This document shows positions 16,505-24,935 of a stretch of DNA of 31,810 nucleotides, piece after piece (within the stretch, counting starts at the first letter, position 1; the number at the start of each line of letters is the position of its first letter). Made by a program: the position numbers and the translations under genes. The DNA is from an uncultured archaeon (GTDB lineage Archaea > Asgardarchaeota > Heimdallarchaeia > Heimdallarchaeales > Heimdallarchaeaceae): positions 1-31,810 of the forward strand of contig CAZJUB010000027.1 of NCBI GenBank assembly GCA_964549075.1. The letters run 5' to 3'. The notes beneath the pieces were generated by a model that worked only from the letters and a program-made list of their open reading frames with translations, was not told the origin of the DNA and did no database searches.

Positions 16505-17152
16505 ATGAGTGTAAAGATACTAGTATTAGCAGACATTCATAATCAGGAGATAACACTAAGAAGCATTTTACAATCCTTAGAAAAAATAAATGAGCACCCA
16601 GATTATTGTGTAATTGCTGGAGACATTACTAATTTTGGAACGATTCAAGATTTGGAGAATATGGTGAATTTGATTGTTATGCAAATCCCCAAAACATTTT
16701 ATGTTGTTGGAAATTGTGATCCGCTTATTAATAATAACTCTTTAAACAGCGATGCAATAAATGTGGATGCTAAAATTTACGAAATTGAGTTCTTCTCAAT
16801 TATAGGATTTGGTACGCATAAACCTATATTAGATAGAAAAAAGATAAAAAAACTTCATAGAACTAATAAACAAGTATGTTTACTAACACACACACCCCCA
16901 TTTAATACAGCTGCAGATATAGTATCGTTAAATAGACATGCTGGTTCTAAACAAATCAGAGAGTGTATTGAGAAGAATAATAACATATTTCTATCAATTT
17001 CCGGTCATATACATGATTCTCCAACTATATCAGAACTAAATGGTTGTATTATTGTAAATCCTGGTTCTGTCACCACAGGAAATTTTGCAATTATAGAAGT
17101 TCAAACAAATTTTAAAGTAAAGGGGAAAATATACAATTTACATGAGCTGTAA
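16505..17152 (+). CDS. Calcineurin-like metallophosphoesterase
   Basis: ADIH, AGDIT, GNCD, THTPP, GHIH and VNPGS motifs. GGTGA SD upstream. Confidence 0.9.
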   Translation: MSVKILVLADIHNQEITLRSILQSLEKINEHPDYCVIAGDITNFGTIQDLENMVNLIVMQIPKTFYVVGNCDPLINNNSLNSDAINVDAKIYEIEFFSIIGFGTHKPILDRKKIKKLHRTNKQVCLLTHTPPFNTAADIVSLNRHAGSKQIRECIEKNNNIFLSISGHIHDSPTISELNGCIIVNPGSVTTGNFAIIEVQTNFKVKGKIYNLHEL

Positions 17153-17157
17153 ATAAA

Positions 17158-17823
17158 ATGATACCAACAAAATATAAAACAAAATATATTCACTCGAACT
17201 CTAAACTTATAGAAGTCATTTCCAAAGCTTATAAGATAGTTAAAAAAGAACTTTATACAGAAACGAATAAGAAATTTCACTCTCTAGAACACACACTAAG
17301 AGTAGTAAATACTTGCATTTCTCTTTCTGAAGAACTAGATGCTTATTTTGATATAATTATTATTGCAGCTCTGTTCCACGATATTGGTCGTCCTATTGAA
17401 AGTCAAACAGGAAGATGTCACGCTGAGATTAGTGCAGAAAAAGCTAAACAATTCCTGATGCAAGAAGGATTAACAAATCTAGTAAGAGATGTTTCAGATG
17501 CAATTTTATCACATAGGTTTAGCAAGAATATTGATCCTGTTTCTTTGGAAGCTAAGATACTCCAAGATGCAGATGCACTAGATGCTTTAGGTGCTACAGG
17601 ACTTTATAGAACATTAGGATTTAGCTTCGAGAGAGGATTGGATCTTGATGAATCTATAGAGCATTTCCATGACAAACTATTCAAATTATCCAAACGAATG
17701 CACTTTTCATCATCCAAGAAAATAGCAGAAGAAAAAGAAAGAATTCTATATGATTTTATGAATGGTATAGCTTTAGATAAGAAAAATTCTGATTTTAAAT
17801 TACTAATAAATCGAATAAAATGA
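17158..17823 (+). CDS. HD-domain phosphohydrolase
   Basis: HSLEHTLRV, ALFHDIGR, HAEISA, HRFS, LQDADALDALG. Confidence 0.9.
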   Translation: MIPTKYKTKYIHSNSKLIEVISKAYKIVKKELYTETNKKFHSLEHTLRVVNTCISLSEELDAYFDIIIIAALFHDIGRPIESQTGRCHAEISAEKAKQFLMQEGLTNLVRDVSDAILSHRFSKNIDPVSLEAKILQDADALDALGATGLYRTLGFSFERGLDLDESIEHFHDKLFKLSKRMHFSSSKKIAEEKERILYDFMNGIALDKKNSDFKLLINRIK

Positions 17824-17902
17824 TTTAGGCAGAGAAGAAGAATTTTAAATATACCTTAAACTATAATTTCTACTTGAATAAGAGTTAAGACTAGGTGAAC
17901 AT

Positions 17903-18601
17903 ATGAGCACTCTCAACAAAGGTGACATTGTAAATTTAAATTATACAGGAAGGACTAAGGAAGATAACAAAGTGGTTGATACTACTATAGAGAGTATTGC
18001 TAAGAAAGAAGGAATTTATGATGAAAAAGTTATCTATCGACCTTTCACATTGATTATAGGAAAACACTGGTTACCAGCTGGTTTAGAAGAAGCATTAATC
18101 GGGATGAAAGAAGGTCAAAAGAAAACAATTGAAGTGGATGCTAAAAATGGTTTTGGACTCAGAGACCGATCCAAGATAAGATTAATCCAAAGAAGAGAAT
18201 TTCAAAGACACCAAATCAAACCTAAGGAAGATATGAAAGTAGAGATAGGAGGTCAAACAGGGAGAATTCTCAAAGTATCAAGTAGTAGGGTAAAGGTGGA
18301 TTTTAATCATGATTTAGCTGGAATGGATCTCATCTATGATGTAGAAATTATTAAGAAAGTTATTGATATTAAAGAACAATTCATCTGTTTACTTGAAAAA
18401 AGATTACCTGGAGTTGATTTTTCCTCAACTAAAATCACTTTAAAGAATAAGATTATTGAAGTAGAGTTACCAAAAGAAACACGCTTTATGGAATATATTC
18501 AATTCATTCGAAACGGTGTTACTAGAGATTTGGGAGAAATTACCAACAAATACGACAGGGTAACTTTTATAGAACATTATGATATAGAAAAGAAGAAGTA
18601 G
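17903..18601 (+). CDS. Archaeal long-type FKBP peptidyl-prolyl isomerase (SlyD-like)
   Basis: GDIVNLNYTG, VVDTT, GLEEALIGM, FGLRD, VKVDFNHDLAG, plus the archaeal C-terminal domain. AGGTGA SD upstream. Confidence 0.9.
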   Translation: MSTLNKGDIVNLNYTGRTKEDNKVVDTTIESIAKKEGIYDEKVIYRPFTLIIGKHWLPAGLEEALIGMKEGQKKTIEVDAKNGFGLRDRSKIRLIQRREFQRHQIKPKEDMKVEIGGQTGRILKVSSSRVKVDFNHDLAGMDLIYDVEIIKKVIDIKEQFICLLEKRLPGVDFSSTKITLKNKIIEVELPKETRFMEYIQFIRNGVTRDLGEITNKYDRVTFIEHYDIEKKK

Positions 18602-18611
18602 TAAGTTCAAA

Positions 18612-19049
18612 TTAATTCTTTACTTTTTTCCCCTCTACCAAGACAAGTTTGTAATCTAGAGGACAATTCATCTCTTTTATTACTTTTAATATTTTGACTT
18701 TGGTGGTTGTTGAGTATTTATCCAAGATACAATAATCATAATTATCACAAAGAACTTCCATACAATCAATTGGATCTCTTGTAACAATCACATCGTCTAG
18801 ATATTTCTGATGTTTAACTGATAGTTTATCATTGATTTGTTTCAACTCGCAAACAATCATCATAGTATTATCTATCATACAAGGATGTTCTTTCTCCCTA
18901 ACCTTTGTAACTTCGTAAGTACTACCTTTTTCTAATGAATTTACACATACAGCAAGAAACTGACATTTTTGACAAGTTTCAGTACCTCCAAGATGTATAA
19001 ATTGATATCCTTTTTGAGCAACACTCTTAGGAATTAGTGAAATAACCAT
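18612..19049 (-). CDS. UPF0179 family protein
   Basis: MVISLIPKSVAQKGYQF, CQKC...C, HPC and CPL Cys pattern. Lies directly downstream of egsA, as in many archaea. Probable start at ATG 19049. Confidence 0.8.
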   Translation of the reverse strand: MVISLIPKSVAQKGYQFIHLGGTETCQKCQFLAVCVNSLEKGSTYEVTKVREKEHPCMIDNTMMIVCELKQINDKLSVKHQKYLDDVIVTRDPIDCMEVLCDNYDYCILDKYSTTTKVKILKVIKEMNCPLDYKLVLVEGKKVKN

Positions 19050-19098
19050 TCTGTAGTAAATAGAAAGTGAAGTGTTTTTTAACATTCTTAATTGAGCT

Positions 19099-20166
19099 TT
19101 AGTTTATAACACCAGTTAGAGCAGCAACATTAACCGCAGCTTCTCTTGTTAAACCATCTTTTCCTAAAATAGTATAACGTTCAGGTCTTATACTATGAGC
19201 AATTTCTAACGCATTAATCACTTCTTCATCTTTCAATCCAAGTTCTTTAGCAGTTACAGGTAAGCTCAATTTAATCATGATAGCCCTTATTGCTGTCCAA
19301 TCAAGATTGTGTAGATAAGCCATCATAATAGAACCTAATGCACACTGTTCTCCATGTAGTGCAGGTTTCTCTGCGATAGAATCCAGAGCGTGGCTAAACA
19401 TGTGTTCCGATCCACTTGCAGGCCGGGATGATCCAGCTACACACATGGCAAGAGAACTACTGATAAGTGCTTTTACTACAATTCTGCTATAACCTGAAAT
19501 TTGACTTCTAATTATATCTGCATTCTTTGTTATTAACTTGACTGTCATATCTGATAAAGCAATAGAATATTCGCTTATTATTTCGTTTTTTAGTCTATGA
19601 GCTAACATCCAATCAGCTATTGCTGTTTCTTTCGCGAGTAAATCTCCACATCCTGCAGCTGTAAATTTGTAAGGTGATTCATCAAGAATGTTAGTATCTG
19701 CTACGACAGCTATTGGAGGTAGTGCCTGAATAGAGTGTCGTTTATCAGATCCCATAATAGAAGCTCTTGAACTAGCTACACCATCGTGACTGGCAATGGT
19801 AGGTATAGAAATAAAACGTTGTTTTGTTTTAAAAGCAACTGATTTAGCAATGTCTATAGGTTTTCCTCCACCTAAACCAATAACAAAATTTGGCTTTATT
19901 TCTTTATGAATATCGACTTGTTTATTCACTTCATTCATTGTACTGTTTTGAATAGCACTAGTAAAAAACTCAATATTACTATCATTTAAGATATCCTCTA
20001 CATCTTTAGCAATCCTTGTACGAAGAAATTCATCTGTTATTAACAACACTTTCTTTTCTAAAGATAAACGTTGTATTACTTCAGGAATGCTTTTTAGCAT
20101 GTCTGATCCCAAACAGAGTAAAGTTGGAAGTTCGATGAATTTGAATTCATTGGTTACACTGTTCAT
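19099..20166 (-). CDS. egsA: sn-glycerol-1-phosphate dehydrogenase
   Basis: GGGKPIDIAK, PTIASHDG, AGCGD, GSSRPASGSEHMFSHALD, LHGEQ, IRPERYTIL. Confidence 0.95.
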   Translation of the reverse strand: MNSVTNEFKFIELPTLLCLGSDMLKSIPEVIQRLSLEKKVLLITDEFLRTRIAKDVEDILNDSNIEFFTSAIQNSTMNEVNKQVDIHKEIKPNFVIGLGGGKPIDIAKSVAFKTKQRFISIPTIASHDGVASSRASIMGSDKRHSIQALPPIAVVADTNILDESPYKFTAAGCGDLLAKETAIADWMLAHRLKNEIISEYSIALSDMTVKLITKNADIIRSQISGYSRIVVKALISSSLAMCVAGSSRPASGSEHMFSHALDSIAEKPALHGEQCALGSIMMAYLHNLDWTAIRAIMIKLSLPVTAKELGLKDEEVINALEIAHSIRPERYTILGKDGLTREAAVNVAALTGVIN

Positions 20167-20242
20167 CTTAAAGGTGAATTTTAATAGGTTACTTTTATAT
20201 TTTAACCTAAAATAAACAAAATTACAGAAGGATTTGTTTCAT

Positions 20243-21202
20243 ATGGTCGAAGATTTAGGAGATGTTCACAAGTTAGGAAAAGAATTAGGATATCTTCCAT
20301 ATATGATTGACCGATATTTATCACTACTTGGTGAGGAGGAGACAATCAACCTTCTTTCTTTCAATGAAACCACTCTCGCTCAATCTATTAGATTAAATTC
20401 TTTAAGGAATCCTATTGAAAAAACTGAAGAATTGCTGAAACAAAAACAAGTAATAATGGAACACGTTAAAAATCTTCCTGAAGCAAGAAAGATAATTGAA
20501 TCTCCCATTCCAATTGGTGCATCTGAAGAATACCTTAATGGTTATTATACACTACAAGGACTAAATTCTCTTTTTCCAAGCAAAATACTTAATCCGAAAG
20601 AAGGGGAGTTAATTGCTGACCTTGCTGCAGCTCCTGGAGGTAAAACTACCCATTTAGCTCAAATTATGAAGAATAAAGGAACGATTATTGCCTTAGAAAT
20701 CAGTGCAAACAGATGCCGAAGTCTGAAATCAAATCTAGCAAGAATGGGTGTTAAAAATACAATAATTGTCAATATGGATGCACAAAATATCGTGACTCTA
20801 GGTCTAAAATTTGACAAAATTTTGCTTGATGCGCCTTGCTCAGGTTCTGGTATAATTGTTACTGACTCTTCAAGAAAATCATCTAAAACAATCTATGATT
20901 TGTTCAACTATCACAAATTACAAGTTTCTCTCCTTACAAATGCAATTAAAGTGCTAAAAAATCAAGGAGAAATAGTGTACTCCACATGTTCTCTTGAACC
21001 TGAAGAGAATGAACTTGTTCTTACTGAGGTACTGAAATCAACATCTGTGAGAATTGAAGAAATGGAGATGGTTGGTGATAATGGATTAGAAAGATTTCAA
21101 ACAAACGAATTCCATCCTGATTTGATAAAAGCTAAACGCCTATATCCTCACAAAAGCTGTGGGGAAGGTTTCTTTATTGTAAAAATGGTGAAGCAAGAAT
21201 GA
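20243..21202 (+). CDS. NOL1/NOP2/RsmB-family RNA m5C methyltransferase
   Basis: DLAAAPGGKT, LLDAPCSGSG, VYSTCSLEPEENE, GFF. Alternative TTG start at 20234. Confidence 0.93.
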   Translation: MVEDLGDVHKLGKELGYLPYMIDRYLSLLGEEETINLLSFNETTLAQSIRLNSLRNPIEKTEELLKQKQVIMEHVKNLPEARKIIESPIPIGASEEYLNGYYTLQGLNSLFPSKILNPKEGELIADLAAAPGGKTTHLAQIMKNKGTIIALEISANRCRSLKSNLARMGVKNTIIVNMDAQNIVTLGLKFDKILLDAPCSGSGIIVTDSSRKSSKTIYDLFNYHKLQVSLLTNAIKVLKNQGEIVYSTCSLEPEENELVLTEVLKSTSVRIEEMEMVGDNGLERFQTNEFHPDLIKAKRLYPHKSCGEGFFIVKMVKQE

Positions 21203-21741
21203 TAAAGTTTACATTTCGTAGAGCTACAAACATAGAAGAAAGCTTAGTGAAGAATCATATCAGAGTTGAGTTTGGTAATAAAGCAACACAGATTTTTTTC
21301 CAGAAAAAACTGTGGATCAAAGATGGAAAAATAATAGAAGTATTTCTTGTTCATGAAAGACTTAATGATGTCATGGAAGAAATCAATGAAAATATATACT
21401 TTGCTGGCATTCCTATCGGTAGTTTATGGAAAAATGAATTTCAGTTAGAAATTGAAGGATCGTTACTGATTTTACCATATACTGAAAAGATAATAAAAGT
21501 GAAAACAAATCAATTCTTATATGGAAAAAATATTTTTGTTGAAAATATTGAACCAATTAAATTTAATTTTAACAAAGGAGATTGTTTGATAATAACTGGT
21601 AAAAATAGTTTACATTTTGGTATTGGTAAAGCGGAAATAGGATCAGAAGAAATTGGCAATGTTCCATCAAATACTATTCTTATAAAGGGTTTGAAGAACA
21701 AACCATTAGATCGAGGATGGTATTTACGTAAGGGTAATTAG
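21199..21741 (+). CDS. Nip7-like ribosome biogenesis protein (PUA domain)
   Basis: YFAGIPIG, FLYGKNI, GIGKA, and C-terminal DRGWYLRKG typical of archaeal Nip7. ATGA overlap with the Nop2-like gene. Confidence 0.8.
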   Translation: MIKFTFRRATNIEESLVKNHIRVEFGNKATQIFFQKKLWIKDGKIIEVFLVHERLNDVMEEINENIYFAGIPIGSLWKNEFQLEIEGSLLILPYTEKIIKVKTNQFLYGKNIFVENIEPIKFNFNKGDCLIITGKNSLHFGIGKAEIGSEEIGNVPSNTILIKGLKNKPLDRGWYLRKGN

Positions 21742-21805
21742 GGTAATGTTCTTTCTCTCCATAATTCATGGCTAATCATTGACAAAACCGATTCTTCTAT
21801 CAAAA

Positions 21806-21823
21806 TCAAAAAGTATTTATATA
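21806..21823 (+). promoter_or_regulatory. Putative BRE-TATA upstream of aCPSF1
   Basis: A-rich stretch followed by TTTATATA (21816-21823) in the 175-nt intergenic region. Confidence 0.35.
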
Positions 21824-21916
21824 TTCTTTATGGATGTAAATTAGTTTTAAAGCGTGTTATTGCAAATATATGAATTTATTTTGCTGTACATTTGTCTTTG
21901 ATATAAGCATACAGAG

Positions 21917-23836
21917 TTGGAGAATTTGAGCTTCAGAGAAGTTTTAGAACAGATTTCTAAAGATATACATGAAGAACTACCCAAGAATTCAGAGATTACA
22001 CAAATAGAATTTGAAGGTCCAGAAGTTGCAGTTTATTCTAAGAATCCTCGTGTGTTAGTAGATGACGAAACCATTGTAAAAGAATTGGCTAAAAAACTTA
22101 GAAAGAGGATAGTCATAAGATCAGATCCTAGTGTTAGACTTGAGAAAGATGAAACTATTTTCACTATAAATGAATTAGTTGGGAAAGAAGGTGAAATAAC
22201 CTCTATTGACTTTGATGAACTTGTAGGTGAAGTAATTATTGAAGCATTAAAACCCGGAGTCATAATAGGTAAATCAGGAGAGATGCTTAGAACAATAATT
22301 GCTAAAACACTATGGCGTCCCAAAGTGATGAGAACACCACCAATTGAATCGCGTGTTATTAAAACAATCAGACATCTTTATCAGGAGAATTCTAAGCAAA
22401 GACAAGAAATTCTAAGATTAATAGGAAAAAGAATCCATAGACCAGTCATTTACAGAGATGATACTATTCGTGTAACAGCTCTAGGAGGTTTTGCAGAAGT
22501 GGGAAGGAGCTCTGCTTTAATACAGACAGGGGAGAGTAGAATCCTTGTAGATTGCGGTATCAACGTAGGAAGTAATTCACCAAATAATACTTTTCCACGT
22601 TTTGATTTACCAGAATTTGATATCGAAAATCTTGATGCAGTAGTAATTTCACATGCACATCTTGATCATTCAGGATTTGTTCCTTACTTATTCAATTACG
22701 GATACAAAGGAGCAGTTTATGCTACAAGGCCAACAAGAGACTTGATGACAATGCTTCAAATTGACTATCTCGATGTAGCTCAGAAAGAAGGGAAAACTCT
22801 CCCTTATGAACAGAAGGACATAAGAGATTCAGTTTTGCACACCATAGCTTTAGAATATGGAGAAGTTACTGACATAACACCAGATATTAGATTAACATTT
22901 CACAATGCTGGTCACATTGTAGGGAGTGCAATTCCACACCTTCATATTGGAGAAGGAGTATACAATTTAGCTTTTGCTCAAGATATTAAATTCGCTAAAT
23001 CAAACCTTTTAGACTCTGCGAATTGTCGTTTTCCAAGATTAGAAACCTTATTCATTGAGTCAACTTATGGAAAACCTCACGACATATTACCATCCAGAGC
23101 TGAATGTACTACCATGCTAAGGAATATCGTATATGATACAATTAAAAAGGGAGGAAAGGTATTAATTCCAGTATTAGCAGTAGGAAGAGCCCAAGAAATT
23201 CTCGTTATATTGGAGAATCTGATGAAGAAGGAGGAACTTCCATTAATACCAATTTATACAGATGGAATGATTAGAGAAGCATCTGCAATTACAACAGCTC
23301 ACCCAGAATTTCTATCTAAAGGTGTAAGGGAAAGAATCTTCCACGACGGAGAAAATCCATTTCTAGCTGAACAGATGAAACATGTCTCAGCACCAGAAGA
23401 ACGTGATTTAATTATTGAAGGTGATCCAGCTATCATTGTTGCTACTAGCGGAATGCTAAATGGCGGTCCTAGTGTGCAATATTTCAAAGCACTTTGCTCA
23501 GATCCAAATAATGCTTTAGTCTTCGTTAGTTACCAAGGTAAAGGAACATTGGGTAGTAAAGTTCAGAAAGGAATCACAGAAATTCAAATGGTAGAAGATG
23601 GAAAAACTGTAATGTATCATATTGAAATGGCAGTTCACAGCATTTCAGGTTTTACTGGACATAGCGATAGAAGAGAACTTGAAAATTATGTTAATAAAGT
23701 AACTCCAAAACCAGAGAGAATTGTAGTTATTCATGGTGATGAGACAAAAGTTACAAAACTAGCCTCATGGATATATAAAACCACTAAGAGAGAAAGTCTT
23801 GCTCCTCCAAATGGAACAACAATTCGTTTAAGATAA
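21917..23836 (+). CDS. fttA: aCPSF1/FttA: KH-domain beta-CASP ribonuclease, transcription termination factor
   Basis: IEFEGPE and KPGVIIGKSG KH domains, LGGFAEVGRS, SHAHLDHSG, AGHIVGS, ESTYG, AVGRAQE, TSGMLNGG, GFTGHSD, HGD. TTG start. Confidence 0.96.
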   Translation: MENLSFREVLEQISKDIHEELPKNSEITQIEFEGPEVAVYSKNPRVLVDDETIVKELAKKLRKRIVIRSDPSVRLEKDETIFTINELVGKEGEITSIDFDELVGEVIIEALKPGVIIGKSGEMLRTIIAKTLWRPKVMRTPPIESRVIKTIRHLYQENSKQRQEILRLIGKRIHRPVIYRDDTIRVTALGGFAEVGRSSALIQTGESRILVDCGINVGSNSPNNTFPRFDLPEFDIENLDAVVISHAHLDHSGFVPYLFNYGYKGAVYATRPTRDLMTMLQIDYLDVAQKEGKTLPYEQKDIRDSVLHTIALEYGEVTDITPDIRLTFHNAGHIVGSAIPHLHIGEGVYNLAFAQDIKFAKSNLLDSANCRFPRLETLFIESTYGKPHDILPSRAECTTMLRNIVYDTIKKGGKVLIPVLAVGRAQEILVILENLMKKEELPLIPIYTDGMIREASAITTAHPEFLSKGVRERIFHDGENPFLAEQMKHVSAPEERDLIIEGDPAIIVATSGMLNGGPSVQYFKALCSDPNNALVFVSYQGKGTLGSKVQKGITEIQMVEDGKTVMYHIEMAVHSISGFTGHSDRRELENYVNKVTPKPERIVVIHGDETKVTKLASWIYKTTKRESLAPPNGTTIRLR

Positions 23837-24328
23837 TCACAGTTGAAATTCCCATATAGTATCTTTTAAATGATGAATGGTCTTTACAACTTTTCCTTGT
23901 TTTACTTTATGAAATTCCTCTGAATTGATTAGAGAAATCCCTATGCCTAACAGACTATTTGCTTTTTCTTCTCGAATAGCAACAACTGATCCTTTAGTTA
24001 TTCCAACATCAAAATGGACTATTCCAGGAGCCATAACATCAGCACCATTTGTGATAAAACGAATTGCGCCTATATCAACTATTATTTTTGGAAGATCCAC
24101 ATCATTTTCTCTTAGGAAATGAATAGTAGGAATTTGTTGATTTTCATAATCAAAAAACCAGATTCTTCCATCCTTAATTAAAAAAACTCCTTCATCAGTT
24201 TTTAGTTCTTCAATAGAAACCGTTTTTTCAAAAGATGATGCTATTGTTTCACCATAATGTGCTGATAGAGTTTCTTTTAATGCTCTTTTATCTTTGTTAG
24301 ACAACATATTTCTTGATTTAATTTGCAC
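23837..24328 (-). CDS. Pre-PUA/PUA RNA-binding protein (MCT-1/Tma20-like, DUF1947)
   Basis: LSNKDKRAL, IPTI, LPKIIVDIGAIRFITNGADVMAPGI, GKVVKTIHHLKDTIW. GTG start preceded by GAGG. Confidence 0.88.
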   Translation of the reverse strand: MQIKSRNMLSNKDKRALKETLSAHYGETIASSFEKTVSIEELKTDEGVFLIKDGRIWFFDYENQQIPTIHFLRENDVDLPKIIVDIGAIRFITNGADVMAPGIVHFDVGITKGSVVAIREEKANSLLGIGISLINSEEFHKVKQGKVVKTIHHLKDTIWEFQL

Positions 24329-24348
24329 ATAAAAACCTCGGAAGATAT

Positions 24349-24789
24349 TCAGTTTTTCAATTTTTCAAGTATTGATCCATAAGATTCTTTTATAGCTTCA
24401 TATCTTTCTTTAGAAGACATACCTAAAACATACATTTGTTCTTCGTTTTCCAATCTTCGAGTGTATTCTTCAGTAAGCGAAGTAAGGAAAGTATCTATGG
24501 CATCTCTGACATTTGAGAGAAGATCGATACCAGGAGTAGGAATAGTGTAAATATACTTCAAAGTAGGATAAGTGTCTGCTTTTCTCTCGATTAAACCAAT
24601 TTCCAACATTTGTTTCAAATGCTTTTCTACAGCAGGTCTAGAAATATTCAATTCTTTAGTTAATTCATCAGCGGTAAGTTTCATGTTGCTCAGGAGTTGA
24701 AGAATGGTTCTTCGAGTAGAATCCCTGAAGATAGAATAAATTGTATCAACTATAGGAGATTCCTTATTTTCATCACTATTCTCTGACAT
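24349..24789 (-). CDS. ArsR-like winged-helix transcriptional regulator with C-terminal helical extension
   Basis: DSTRRTILQLL...LTADELTKELNISRPAVEKHLKQMLEIGLI. Confidence 0.85.
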   Translation of the reverse strand: MSENSDENKESPIVDTIYSIFRDSTRRTILQLLSNMKLTADELTKELNISRPAVEKHLKQMLEIGLIERKADTYPTLKYIYTIPTPGIDLLSNVRDAIDTFLTSLTEEYTRRLENEEQMYVLGMSSKERYEAIKESYGSILEKLKN

Positions 24790-24859
24790 AACGTTTAAAC
24801 ATAATTGAAGTTAACTATAAATTATTGTCGGTTAAACTGTAAGGTTAAAGATTCAAACT

Positions 24860-24885
24860 TGGGATTTAAGTGCATATCCCACTTA
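24860..24885. promoter_or_regulatory. Two overlapping inverted repeats in a divergent intergenic region (candidate operator)
   Basis: TGGGAT (24860-65)-N10-ATCCCA (24876-81) and TAAGTG (24867-72)-N7-CACTTA (24880-85), just upstream of TTATATAA at 24899-24906. Confidence 0.4.
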
Positions 24886-24935
24886 CTTAAAATAAATATT
24901 ATATAAAGTGATTTCCTATTAGAAAGTGAAAGATA

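Noticed and set aside
426-21741. Genome-wide reassignment of TAG
   Set aside because: TAG ends the ribophorin-like gene, deoC, mutL, FKBP and Nip7-like genes, at natural C-termini where these are recognisable. mutL read-through would run into the next gene. Only one internal TAG was seen.
14651-24351. Selenocysteine read-through at TGA stops (metK, HD protein, PUA protein, regulator)
   Set aside because: Where the family is recognisable, the TGA falls at the expected C-terminus, and the other TGA stops lie in ATGA overlaps. No catalytic Cys position is replaced and I saw no SECIS-like hairpin.
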